Source of the DNA: a bacterium
Lineage (GTDB): Bacteria > UBA8248
Direction of reading: 5' to 3'
DNA length: 64,000 bases
Assembly: GCA_965213625.1 (NCBI GenBank)
Contig: CBDBZU010000004.1
Coordinates: forward strand, 1,728,001-1,792,000
Shown here: piece after piece, positions 51,405 through 61,344 of the stretch
Layout: every line of letters begins with the position of its first letter
How positions within the stretch are numbered: position 1 is the stretch's first letter
Position numbers and translations under genes: made by a program
Notes under the pieces: model-generated
What the model saw: the letters and a program-made list of their open reading frames with translations, nothing else
Told to the model about the DNA's origin: nothing
Databases searched by the model: none

Positions 51405-52116
51405 CGCACTCTTATTCTGGTCTTTTCAGGGTTCTGAGTTTTCACCCGGGCAATTCTGGCGCGGGATTCCCCAACTGTTTCACTTCTTTGGACGCATGAC
51501 GCCGCCGGATTGGTCGGTCGGGGAAGTTTTGCTTACCTCGGCTGTCGAAACGCTGCAAACCACTATCGCAGGCACTTTTCTAGGCGCTTTGTTCGCCTAT
51601 CCGCTGGGTGTACTGGCGGCTTCGAACTGGACGCCGGTCTGGGTGCACTTGCCTATCAAGGCGTTCATGGCTTTCGTCCGCTCCATCCCCTTGCTGCTCC
51701 TCGCATTGTTGTTCGTCTCCGCTGTGGGACTCGGCCCCTTTCCCGGTGTGTTGGCGCTGGCGGTGCACTCGGTCGGGGTGCTCGGCCGTTTCGTGGCGGA
51801 GGAAATCGAGGCGACCGACCCGAAACCCCTGCTTGCATTGCAGGGTACAGGAGCCTCTCCCCTTCAAATCATTCAGCATGGCCTCATTCCTCAGGTGTTG
51901 CCGCAAATGGTGGCGCATCTGGCAATACGCTTCGAGATGAATCTTCGCGATTCCACGATTCTGGGTCTTGTCGGCGCGGGGGGCTTGGGATTTTACGTGT
52001 TCTTGTACGTGAAGCAGTTTCAGTGGCAAAAATCAGGCGTGCTGGTGCTGGCCATCATCGCCTTGGTCTTCGCGGGAGAATTCGCCGCATGGCAGGTCAG
52101 AAAGCGGTTGATTTAA
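51325..52116 (+). CDS. PhnE-family ABC permease
   Basis: PPDW, ETL, RSIP, VGLGPFPGVLAL, RFEMNLRDSTILGLVGAGGLG; start may instead be 51370. Confidence 0.88.
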   Translation: MGTEREQAEALSPGRMAGKVSLFLVVSALLFWSFQGSEFSPGQFWRGIPQLFHFFGRMTPPDWSVGEVLLTSAVETLQTTIAGTFLGALFAYPLGVLAASNWTPVWVHLPIKAFMAFVRSIPLLLLALLFVSAVGLGPFPGVLALAVHSVGVLGRFVAEEIEATDPKPLLALQGTGASPLQIIQHGLIPQVLPQMVAHLAIRFEMNLRDSTILGLVGAGGLGFYVFLYVKQFQWQKSGVLVLAIIALVFAGEFAAWQVRKRLI

Positions 52117-52203
52117 CCGGGATGCTCAATGAAGTCGAATGCAGAAAGACATCACCCTGCCTGCTGGGAGCTTTTCTGGAGGCAGAGGTAGGAGGAAACG
52201 CGC

Positions 52204-53880
52204 ATGGACACGCTAATTCACCTTCTCAAGGAAGCAACCGCGAAATTTCCTGACACGATTGCCCTGGAGGGTGACGTGGAAGGACGCGGCCGAGTGACAC
52301 TCACGAGAAAGGAGTTGTGCGGAAAATCGGTCGCTCTGGCGTGCGAGTTGATGGATGCGGGTGTAAAGCCGGGCGATTTCGTCGCACTTCTGGCGCCGAA
52401 TCAACCCGAATGGGGTTTGGGATATTTCGGGGCGTTGCTTGCCGGCGGTGTTTTGGTGCCTTTGGATGTGAATCTCAAAGAAGGTGAGATTGCGAACATC
52501 CTGGAGAAGGCAAGACCCGTTTGCCTGATGACGGACGCTCGGGAAGGGGAACGCGCGACGAAGCTTGCGGGCGAACTTGCATCTGCCTGTTCGGTGTTGC
52601 GCATCGATGATGAGAGAGAGCCTGACCACGCCGCTTCACTGGATTCGTTGCCGGGTGCTGAGCGCGGCCCGGACGATCTGGCGCTGGTTTCGTTCTCATC
52701 GGGAACGACGGGAACACCTAAGGGCGTAATGCTTTCCCACGGAAACATCACCTCCAATGTGCGCGCCGTACTCGAGCCTTTCTTCGCCGGGGAGGATGAC
52801 GTTTTTCTCTCGGTTTTGCCGCTTCATCACATGTTCGAGAGCACGGGCGGTTTTCTGATTCCACTGGCGGCCGGCGCCCGTGTGCATTACCTATCTTCTC
52901 TGAATCCTCGCCTCCTCGTCGAGGCCATGCAGAACGAAGGCATCACCATCTGCTTGATGGTGCCAGCGCTTGCACGGCTCATCCACAAGCGGATCATGTC
53001 GAACGTGGAATCACTGAGCGGTGCGAAGAAAATCATCTTCAAGATGCTTTTCGGGATTTCCGGCATTTGTCTCTCCATGGGCTTTCGCGTCGGGCATGTA
53101 CTATTTTCCCAGGTGAAGAAGAATCTCGGTCCGAATCTGCGCTATTTCGCGAGCGGAGGGGCTGCGCTCGACCCTAAAATTGCTCGCGATTTGCTCGTTT
53201 TGGGGATCGAGGTAATCCAGGGATATGGATTGACGGAAACCTCCCCGGTCGCCCATGTGACACCGCCGGGAGCGCCGAACAGAATCGGAACCGTCGGCCC
53301 GCCGATTCCGGGGGTGGAAGCGAGGCTCGTGCCTGTAGAGGGAGCGGATGAGGGAGAAGGCGAGATACTCATACGCGGGCCGAACGTGATGCAGGGCTAT
53401 TTTGAGAATCCCGATCTCACGGCGGAAGTCTTGCGGGATGGATGGTTTCATACAGGGGACATCGGTCGCATCGACTCAGATGGCTACCTTACGATCTGCG
53501 GCCGGTCCAAGAACGTCATCGTCTCCGAGGCGGGGAAAAACATTTATCCCGAAGAGGTGGAGGAGCAGCTCCTCGAGAGCGCATGGTTCCAGGATGTTTG
53601 CGTCATCGGCAGAAAAACGCCTCGCGGCGGCGAGGATGTGTTCGCCGTCGTGGTGCTCGACCCCGAAACCGATTTGCCGCAAGAGGACGAGAAGCGAGCC
53701 GCCCTGGCCGATTCCGAACTCAAGCGACTGAGCGCGCATCTTGCGGATTACAAGAGGGTGGCCGGTTTTTTCGTCTGGCCAGAGGAGGAATTGCCTAGGA
53801 CCACCACGCGCAAACACAAGCGAGAGGACATCAAGGCGATTTTACGGGAGCGGCCCGAATTCTCACTGGATGATTTTTGA
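52204..53880 (+). CDS. Long-chain fatty acid-CoA ligase (AMP-binding)
   Basis: SSGTTGTPKGVMLSH, LPLHH, GYGLTETSP, GWFHTGD, GKNIYPEEVE. Confidence 0.9.
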   Translation: MDTLIHLLKEATAKFPDTIALEGDVEGRGRVTLTRKELCGKSVALACELMDAGVKPGDFVALLAPNQPEWGLGYFGALLAGGVLVPLDVNLKEGEIANILEKARPVCLMTDAREGERATKLAGELASACSVLRIDDEREPDHAASLDSLPGAERGPDDLALVSFSSGTTGTPKGVMLSHGNITSNVRAVLEPFFAGEDDVFLSVLPLHHMFESTGGFLIPLAAGARVHYLSSLNPRLLVEAMQNEGITICLMVPALARLIHKRIMSNVESLSGAKKIIFKMLFGISGICLSMGFRVGHVLFSQVKKNLGPNLRYFASGGAALDPKIARDLLVLGIEVIQGYGLTETSPVAHVTPPGAPNRIGTVGPPIPGVEARLVPVEGADEGEGEILIRGPNVMQGYFENPDLTAEVLRDGWFHTGDIGRIDSDGYLTICGRSKNVIVSEAGKNIYPEEVEEQLLESAWFQDVCVIGRKTPRGGEDVFAVVVLDPETDLPQEDEKRAALADSELKRLSAHLADYKRVAGFFVWPEEELPRTTTRKHKREDIKAILRERPEFSLDDF

Positions 53881-54057
53881 TTATTGGGGATGGGATGGCA
53901 TATCGACTCAGTGAGAAGCCGTGAACCGAACAACCGAATGGTTTATCTCCATTGTTTGTGATATCTAGCCTTCATTGAAGAATTTCAATAAAAGGTTTCC
54001 GTACTCATTCGATGCGGGTTCTGCGTCCTGACAGGGCATAATTGGTGAAGCGAATTT

Positions 54058-55278
54058 ATGAGGTCTGACAATATGTCTGAATCGATACGGAATGCCTCCC
54101 TGGCGTTGCTACCATGGCTTTCGGAAACCAGGCGCACTATTCATATGAATCCCGAGCTCGGCTACGAGGAGCATGAAACTTCTCGGCTCATCGTGGATAA
54201 TCTTAAGAGTTTCGGCCTCGATGTGCACACTGGTATCGCGGAAACAGGGGTGGTCGGCCTGCTCGAAACGGGGCGCCCCGGCCCCACCATCGGTATACGC
54301 GCCGACATGGATGCGCTCTCCATCGACGAGTCCAACGACGTGCCCTACAAGAGCCGCCAGCCGGGGAAGATGCACGCCTGTGGGCATGACGCCCATGTGA
54401 GCATGCTGCTGGGCGCGGCGCGCCTGCTTTCCGAGAACAAAAACTGGCTCGATGGCCTGGGTGGCAACGTCAAATTCATCTTTCAACCGGCGGAGGAGGG
54501 CAAGGCCGGTGGAAAGAGGATGGTTGATGAAGGTGTTTTAGAGGAGCCCCGGGTCGATCTCCTCATCGCCGCACATGTGTGGCCCGACATGCCGGCGGGC
54601 CGCATCGGCACGCGTTCGGGTCCTTCGCTGGCGGCGGGGGACAGACTCCAGATTTACGTGAGAGGCGAAAGTTCGCACGCGGCGTATCCTCATAAATCCA
54701 AAGATGCCCTGCTTGCCGCCTGCCATCTGGTGACTGCGCTTCAAAGCGTCGTGAGCAGAAACGTCGGCCCTCTCGAGTCCGCCGTTCTCTCCATAACGAC
54801 GTTCGAGTCCGGCGTTGCTTTCAACATCGTGCCGCGCGATGCGAGGATAAAAGGCACTATCCGTACGCACGATCCGAAGGTTAGAACGAAGGTGGCCGAA
54901 CGCGTGCGAGCCGTGGCGCGCGGGGTGGCCGAAGCCTTCGACGTAGAGATCGACCTGGAAATCACTCCGGGATATCCCGTTCTGGTGAACCACGAGTCGG
55001 CCGCCGCTCTCGTCGAAAATGCGGGGGTACAGATTCTTGGCGAAGAGAACGTAAAGGAGATGCCGCTTTCGATGGGAGCCGAGGATTTCTCCTACATGGC
55101 GGAGAAGCGTCCCGGCGCCTTGTTCCGAGTGGGCATATCGAACCAAGAAAAAGGGTTCGTGCACGGGCTCCATTCCGATCTGTTCGACCTGGATGAGGAC
55201 GCGCTGCCGGTCGGCGTAAGCGTCTTCGCTCAGGCGGTGGTCGAGTTCCTGGGAAATTCCGAACAATACCTCGCCTGA
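54058..55278 (+). CDS. M20D amidohydrolase
   Basis: HMNPELGYEE, RADMDAL, MHACGHDAH, FQPAEE, EDF, LHS. Confidence 0.92.
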   Translation: MRSDNMSESIRNASLALLPWLSETRRTIHMNPELGYEEHETSRLIVDNLKSFGLDVHTGIAETGVVGLLETGRPGPTIGIRADMDALSIDESNDVPYKSRQPGKMHACGHDAHVSMLLGAARLLSENKNWLDGLGGNVKFIFQPAEEGKAGGKRMVDEGVLEEPRVDLLIAAHVWPDMPAGRIGTRSGPSLAAGDRLQIYVRGESSHAAYPHKSKDALLAACHLVTALQSVVSRNVGPLESAVLSITTFESGVAFNIVPRDARIKGTIRTHDPKVRTKVAERVRAVARGVAEAFDVEIDLEITPGYPVLVNHESAAALVENAGVQILGEENVKEMPLSMGAEDFSYMAEKRPGALFRVGISNQEKGFVHGLHSDLFDLDEDALPVGVSVFAQAVVEFLGNSEQYLA

Positions 55279-55344
55279 TTTATCCGGGCTCCTCCGGGGG
55301 AAAATATCTTTGAGGCCGTCGACTATCGCGCGGAGAATCCCGCC

Positions 55345-56214
55345 TTGCTGATCGAGCCGTTTGTTTTGCTCGCTCTTAGCGCGGCGCTCTCCTTTACTTG
55401 TGCGGATTTCTTCGCGCGCAAGGGCTTGCAGTACGCCAATCATTTCGTGGGCGCCACCATCACGCTGGTGGGAGAGGTGCTCTTCTTCATTCCGTTGGTT
55501 TTTATCTTAGTGCCCCCGTTCCCGGAAATGGGTGCGCATTATCTATGGGTGATTATTGGAGGCCTGTGTAACCCAGGTCTTTTCCTTATCTTTTTCCTTA
55601 TCGGCATCCACCGGATCGGCGTGGCGCGCGCGGCACCGATAAAGGGGATGTCTCCTATATTCGCTGCTCTTTTCGCGCTAATTTTTTTGGGCGAGGACCC
55701 GGCCTGGTATCATTTGATGGGCATTGTGTTCGTGGTTGGCGGCATCGTGTTGCTCGTATCGGGAAAAACACAAGGGCGATGGAGCCGCTGGGATGCACGA
55801 TGGCCACTGATTGCGGCGGTGATATCGGGGTTTGGAGCCATGTCCTGGAGAAAAGGGCTGGTCGCTTTCCCGAGCGCACTTACCGCCGCAATGATAGGTG
55901 CCACAGCCGCTCTCGTCGTGGTTGGCATATACACCTGTTACGCCTTGCGAGAAGAGAGCGCAGGCGACGTGAAGCGAGCGTTTTGGCCGTACCTTTTGGG
56001 TGGGATAGCGGCGGGGATGGGAATTTTACTCTTCACCTCCGCATTGCAGTTGAGCCAGGTTTTCAGGGTGGTTCCGCTCGTTCAGATCAGCCCTTTGTTC
56101 ACCGTGCTATTCAGTGTGATCTTTCTCAGGAGAGCCGAACACATCACATGGCGCGTACCCGCGGGAGCGACGCTCACCGTGAGCGGGGTGATACTCGTCG
56201 TCTTGCGTGCTTGA
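55345..56214 (+). CDS. EamA/DMT transporter
   Basis: About 10 TM helices in two repeats (SPIFAAL..FLGE / SPLFTVL..FL..E). Confidence 0.85.
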   Translation: MLIEPFVLLALSAALSFTCADFFARKGLQYANHFVGATITLVGEVLFFIPLVFILVPPFPEMGAHYLWVIIGGLCNPGLFLIFFLIGIHRIGVARAAPIKGMSPIFAALFALIFLGEDPAWYHLMGIVFVVGGIVLLVSGKTQGRWSRWDARWPLIAAVISGFGAMSWRKGLVAFPSALTAAMIGATAALVVVGIYTCYALREESAGDVKRAFWPYLLGGIAAGMGILLFTSALQLSQVFRVVPLVQISPLFTVLFSVIFLRRAEHITWRVPAGATLTVSGVILVVLRA

Positions 56215-56229
56215 AACAATGAAACAGGA

Positions 56230-56258
56230 TGGACTTCCGGCGCGAAAACCAGTATAAA
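56230..56258 (+). promoter_or_regulatory. Sigma70-type promoter for tRNA-Glu
   Basis: TGGACT-N17-TATAAA. Confidence 0.5.
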
Positions 56259-56311
56259 TCCACCCCTTGATGGTCTGGGGTTTCCCACCCCGGCGATCAT
56301 GGAATTTACTT

Positions 56312-56389
56312 GTCCCCATCGTCTAGCCTGGCCCAGGACACCGGCCTTTCACGCCGGCAACAGGGGTTCGAATCCCCTTGGGGACGCCA
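56312..56389 (+). tRNA. tRNA-Glu(TTC)
   Basis: GTCCCCA/TGGGGAC acceptor stem, CCGGC-CTTTCAC-GCCGG anticodon arm, GGTTCGAATCC, encoded CCA. Confidence 0.97.
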
Positions 56390-56534
56390 ATTTTGAATCT
56401 AGAGATCTCTTACCCGTCAAGTCGAGCGGCGCGAGGGTGTAACAACGCGCGCCTTGGGGGGACGGCCATCAGCGCCGTTACTCCGTTCACGCCACATACG
56501 TATGCCATGAGGCGTGGGAAAATGTGCCCGACGC

Positions 56535-58421
56535 ATGAAACAACTCATTTTAACCAGTATCGATTCCGTACCGGATGAGCGAAAGGCCGAGCATCTCGGA
56601 CCATGGTCACTCCCCGAGTCTGAGTTTTTCGGGTGGGAGTGGAGTAAATTCGGAATCGAACTCCCGCTTCGAAGCGAGGAAGTCCACTTCGTCTCCAGAA
56701 GGTTGGAGAAGGTTTGTGAATTTTACATTTTTCGATTGTCCTTGAGGCAAAACGAATACCACGGGCGTTCTTTTTTGAATCGCTACTGGCGCATTTTGTT
56801 GATGCCGTGGCTCGTCAATCTGGTCATGTGCGCATTCGAGCGCTTTTTGCGGATAAGAGATCGAGTGATGAGCGGTGTTCCGTATATGGTGTATCTCGCA
56901 CCGCGCGATGAGACTTTCTCACCTATCACGACGCCTCATTTCAATCAGATGATGATCGATGATCCGCTGAACCGGCTGATCTTCAGCAGGTTCATCTGTG
57001 CATTTCAGCCCCGAGGCTGGATAATGCGAGAGGGTGCTCCGGCCCCGGAAGATTTGTATTTTTCCTCGAACCTCTCCTTTAGCGCGTCTGAAACGGAAAA
57101 TTACGCCGTATTCAAAAAAGTGCAAAGAAAAATGGAGGTGTATCGCTGGGCGAGTATCCTGTCCTCAAACTTAGGCTTCGTGCAGTTTCATAAAGTGCAC
57201 GGCTTGAGTCCGATGGATGCCGCCTACATATCCTTGCGCATGCTGTTACGAAATAGAAAGTGCTGGCGGGAGGCTGCTGGATCGTTTCAGAAGTCGCATG
57301 AGGTGGAAAATGTGCGCCTCACCAAGCAAGACGTGATTCGGGAACTTCAATCGATTCAACAAATAACCACCAAGGAAGCCGGGATTTTCTTGAACGTTAT
57401 GGATGAACTCGTTTCTGAGACGATTCCGAAGATATTCACCGAGCACTATCTGGAAAATGAGAAAAAAGCTCACTTTAAGGTGAAGGCGACGGCTCCCTGG
57501 ACGGACACCATCACCTATGGCCATCTGGGTAATGACGATCAATCGAACTTTTACGTGGCGGCACTTCTTGAAAAACGTCCCGTAAGGCTGGTCATCAATC
57601 AACACGGAGGAAACTACGGGGTCATAGAATCGGCCCCCTGGCATCATCTCACGGAGTATAAGACGGCCGATCGGTTCATATCGTGGGGATGGAAGCGCCA
57701 ATCCGATTATCGGGTAAACGCTGTCCCGGCGGCTTCTCCTTTTCTTTCAAAGATGAGGCGGAGCAAGAAGCGAGGTACAGCCATCATTCTGGTCAGCTCC
57801 GAACTCACTGCCCATCTGAAATGGCTGGCAACGGACTGCCTTCCTGAAGACATACCGCACTATATGCGAGAGAAGGCGAGTTTTATCGAACACCTAGAAG
57901 ACGCGCCCCGGGCCGCTTTGTTGTACAGGCCGTATATGCGCAGGAGAAACAACCGCTATGATCAGGCCTATATCGAAACACGATATCCCGACGTAAAAAT
58001 ACTTCACGGGAAACTGTCGCGATACATGCCGAGCAGGCTCTCTCCCTCGTTGGCAGGATGCGGTGTTTGCGTTCTCGATCGTCCGGGGACCGCAGCAGCA
58101 TTCACCATATCGGCGGGCATTCCGACTCTATTCTTTGGTCATCAAAATGCCTGGCGGGTATCGCTTCATGCGAAGCCTCATATCAAAAAACTCTCAAGCG
58201 TGGGTGTTCATCATTCATCCGGCGAAGGTGCAGCAAAATACCTGAACGCCATCTGGCCCGATGTCGGTTCGTGGTGGGAGGAAAAACACACACAGAAAGC
58301 CGTCGCCGAGTTTACTCATTACTATTTCAGGAGCAGCAAGAACTGGCGCTCTGAGTGGGTGGACATCTTCTCATCCCCCGATTCCATGTTATGGCGAACC
58401 GATGAGGCAAAGACATACTAA
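56535..58421 (+). CDS. Putative glycan transferase (LIC12162-like)
   Basis: YWRILLMPWL, QHGGNYG, FISWGW, LYRPY; at the head of a nonulosonate cluster; family recalled, not searched. Confidence 0.6.
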   Translation: MKQLILTSIDSVPDERKAEHLGPWSLPESEFFGWEWSKFGIELPLRSEEVHFVSRRLEKVCEFYIFRLSLRQNEYHGRSFLNRYWRILLMPWLVNLVMCAFERFLRIRDRVMSGVPYMVYLAPRDETFSPITTPHFNQMMIDDPLNRLIFSRFICAFQPRGWIMREGAPAPEDLYFSSNLSFSASETENYAVFKKVQRKMEVYRWASILSSNLGFVQFHKVHGLSPMDAAYISLRMLLRNRKCWREAAGSFQKSHEVENVRLTKQDVIRELQSIQQITTKEAGIFLNVMDELVSETIPKIFTEHYLENEKKAHFKVKATAPWTDTITYGHLGNDDQSNFYVAALLEKRPVRLVINQHGGNYGVIESAPWHHLTEYKTADRFISWGWKRQSDYRVNAVPAASPFLSKMRRSKKRGTAIILVSSELTAHLKWLATDCLPEDIPHYMREKASFIEHLEDAPRAALLYRPYMRRRNNRYDQAYIETRYPDVKILHGKLSRYMPSRLSPSLAGCGVCVLDRPGTAAAFTISAGIPTLFFGHQNAWRVSLHAKPHIKKLSSVGVHHSSGEGAAKYLNAIWPDVGSWWEEKHTQKAVAEFTHYYFRSSKNWRSEWVDIFSSPDSMLWRTDEAKTY

Positions 58422-59716
58422 TGGCCAAAATATCGTTGACGGGAGATAAATTTGCCGACTTCTCAGTCGAAGATGGGCGGCTAGCTGGCGTCTATGGTCC
58501 CTCCTTGTCTCAAGACGTAGGTTTTTATGAAGAAGCTCTCAGAGAACGTATTCGAAACCCAATCGGCACGCCCCTTCTCAGGGAGATCTCCAAAGGTGCG
58601 GAGAAGGTATTAATTGTCACCGACGATAATACACGCCATACCCCTTTGCATCGGGTGCTTCCCCTCATTCTGGAGGAACTCGGCGAGGCGGGGGTCTCCG
58701 ATTCTTCGATCCGAATCCTGATCGGTTTGGGTACACACCGCGCCATGACGGATGAGGAAATACGACGCAAGTTCGGTGATGAGCTGATTGCGCGATTCGA
58801 GATTTTCAACCATGAATGGAAAAACCTCGCAAAACTGGTTTCCTTGGGAAAAAGTGAGTTGGGGTTCGAAGTACTGATGAACAGAGAAATCCAGGGGGCG
58901 GATCTCCTCATTTCCGTCGGCAGCATCATCCCCCATGCGACGGCGGGGTTTTCCGGCAGGCCGAAGAGCGTGATGCCAGGTATTTGCGGCGAGGCCACAA
59001 TAGAAGCAACTCATTGGGCCGCTCTGGATTATGAGATGAGAGAAATTCTCGGCATCTTCGACAACAAGGTGAGGGAAGCGTTCGTTCGCATCGCCCGCCG
59101 AGCCGGGCTGCGCTTTATCGTCAATACGATCATGATGGATGAGGAAAGAATCTACGACGCTGTTGCCGGAGATGTGGAATCGGCTCACGAGGCAGGCTGC
59201 AGGAGATGCCTGGAGCTATATGGCGTGCCGGTCGCTTCGAAGGCGGACGTCGTCGTTGCGGAAGCCTACCCCTCCGACATTGATTTGCGACAAGCCATCA
59301 AGGCCGTGTGCGCGGCGGACGTCGTCTGTCGGGACGGCGGGGTGATCATCTGAGCCGCGGATTGCCGGGAGGGCATCTCTCCACAATTCTCCGATTTTGC
59401 GCATTATGGATTCAAAGACCCCGACGCGCTTTACCGAATGGTCGAGGCGGGTGAATTTCGCGAAAAACTCCTCGCCTACACGCTGGTCGCCATCGGCAGA
59501 ATCATCTCAAGGCGCGTGAAGGGGGTGTTGGTATCTCGTCATATCGGTTGTGAAGAGGCGGAGCGAATGGGCTTCGGCTGGTCCGGGTCGATTGGGGCGG
59601 CGGTCGATCAAGCCTTGCAGACAAAAGGACCGGATTCGAAAGTCATCGTCCTTCGGCAGGCGGGACAAATCGTGCCCGTAATTCCAAGCAAGAATACGAG
59701 AGGAGAGAGGATGTGA
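58421..59716 (+). pseudogene. LarA-family (nickel-pincer racemase/epimerase) gene with in-frame TGA at 59351-59353
   Basis: NPIGTPLL, DDNTRHTP, GLGTHR, NH, PHATAGFSG..K..MPG; reading continues in frame past the TGA as AADCREG.. to 59716. Confidence 0.75.
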
Positions 59717-61305
59717 TCGTCGCCGTCATACCGGCCAAGCGGCATTCGGATCGCCTGGCGGACAAAAATTTATTGGAAATCGACGGATTGCCATTGGTGA
59801 CGCACGCGATTCGGTATGTACGAAGGTTCAAGAGTGTGGACAAGATCATCGTATCCACCGATTCGGAGGAGATCACCAAAATCGCCGGACGAGACGGCGC
59901 GATGGTTCATTTGCGTGGGCCAGAGTTGAGCGGGGAAACGTCCCTGCTCGAAATCTACCGGGACGTCGCAGAGAAATTGGGTCGTGAGAAAATATCTTTC
60001 CTGGTCGGAGTTCAGCCCGATCATCCAAACAGAAAGAGCGACCTGGACGTCCTCATTAGACACGTCAAAGACAACCGGATTGACGATTTGTGTACGGTGG
60101 ATCGACACGCCAAACGGAACGGAGCGCTCAGGATCATGAGTATGAAAGCCTTAAAGGCAGGCCTGACTCTTCACACTTCCATCGTTCAGGATGATTGCAT
60201 CAACATTCACTCCGCATTCGACTTCGCCATGGCGGTGCATGAGATGAGTCCATTTTCAAGAGAAATCACCGTCGGCGGAAAGATGATTGGAGCGGAACAT
60301 CCCACCTTCGTGATTGCCGAAGCCGGCTGCAACCACATGTGTGACTTGGGCACGGCCAAGGAGATGATCGACATCGCTGTCGAAGCCGGGGCGGATGCAA
60401 TTAAGTTCCAGACCTACAAGGCGGAGCGCCTGTCGCGCAAAGGGGCGATGACCTACTGGCATGGGACACAGATTCCGCAAATCGAGTATTACCGCAAGCT
60501 GGATCGCTTCGGTGCGGCTGAGTATGAAGCGCTTTTCGCTCATGGCCGTGAGAAGGGTATCATCACGTTCTCCACGCCGTTCGACATCGAAAGCGCCGAG
60601 ATGCTGAATGATTTGGGCGTGCCGCTCTTCAAAATCGCCTCCTGTGATCTTCCCGACAGCCGGTTGCTCAGGCGTGTGGCTGAATTCGGCAAGCCTGTCA
60701 TTCTATCAACCGGTGGTTCGACGGCAGAGGAAATCGACCGGGCTATCGACACTATTTTCGCTACAGGCAACTACCAACTCATCCTCATGGCCTGCATGTT
60801 GAGTTATCCAGCAGCGAACGAAGACGCGAACCTTCTGCGCATCCATTCATTAAAGGAAAGATATCCCGGCGTCATCATAGGTTTATCCGACCATACGGAA
60901 CCGGATGCGCACATGGTCATACCTGCACTGGGGTTGGCTCTGGGCGCGAATGCTATTGAAAAACACTACACCCTGGATCGTAGTCTGAGTGATTCGGGGC
61001 ATTTCTTTTCGATGAACCCGATAGATTTGAAGAAAATGGTGCAAAATGTCCGTCTTGCGGAGCGCATATTGGGTGACGGCGTGCTCGGAGTTGCCGAGGC
61101 GGAAATCTCCGCACGAAACAGCGCGCGGCGCAGCATCGTAGCCGAGCGTAATATAGAGCGTGGAGAGATTATCGAATCCTCAATGCTGGGCATGAAGCGG
61201 CCCGCCGAGGGGCTTCCCGGCTGGATGATGGATGAGTTGATCGGCAAACGGGCGAAGCTGGATATCCGGGCGGACCTGGCCCTCACGATGGATATGGTGG
61301 AGTGA
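59713..61305 (+). CDS. Fused cytidylyltransferase (NeuA-like) and N-acylneuraminate synthase (NeuB-like) with SAF domain
   Basis: IPAKRHSDRLADKN, VSTDS; IAEAGCNH, ADAIKFQ, STPFD, KIAS, LSTG, SDHT, EKH, RRSIV, KRPAEG. Confidence 0.88.
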   Translation: MIVAVIPAKRHSDRLADKNLLEIDGLPLVTHAIRYVRRFKSVDKIIVSTDSEEITKIAGRDGAMVHLRGPELSGETSLLEIYRDVAEKLGREKISFLVGVQPDHPNRKSDLDVLIRHVKDNRIDDLCTVDRHAKRNGALRIMSMKALKAGLTLHTSIVQDDCINIHSAFDFAMAVHEMSPFSREITVGGKMIGAEHPTFVIAEAGCNHMCDLGTAKEMIDIAVEAGADAIKFQTYKAERLSRKGAMTYWHGTQIPQIEYYRKLDRFGAAEYEALFAHGREKGIITFSTPFDIESAEMLNDLGVPLFKIASCDLPDSRLLRRVAEFGKPVILSTGGSTAEEIDRAIDTIFATGNYQLILMACMLSYPAANEDANLLRIHSLKERYPGVIIGLSDHTEPDAHMVIPALGLALGANAIEKHYTLDRSLSDSGHFFSMNPIDLKKMVQNVRLAERILGDGVLGVAEAEISARNSARRSIVAERNIERGEIIESSMLGMKRPAEGLPGWMMDELIGKRAKLDIRADLALTMDMVE

Positions 61306-61344
61306 TTTTGATGATGAGATGCGCTTTACACGGATCGTCTGGCG

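Noticed and set aside
49647-52116. Calling the transporter ptxABC or htxBCD
   Set aside because: No adjacent ptxD/htxA and the pocket residues do not obviously match; substrate left open
56312-56534. tRNA-Glu as attachment site of an integrated island
   Set aside because: No integrase or duplicated tRNA 3' end in the window; only a modest composition shift, which is normal for glycan clusters
59438-59716. Independent 92-aa gene
   Set aside because: In frame with the larA-like ORF and corresponds to its C-terminal part
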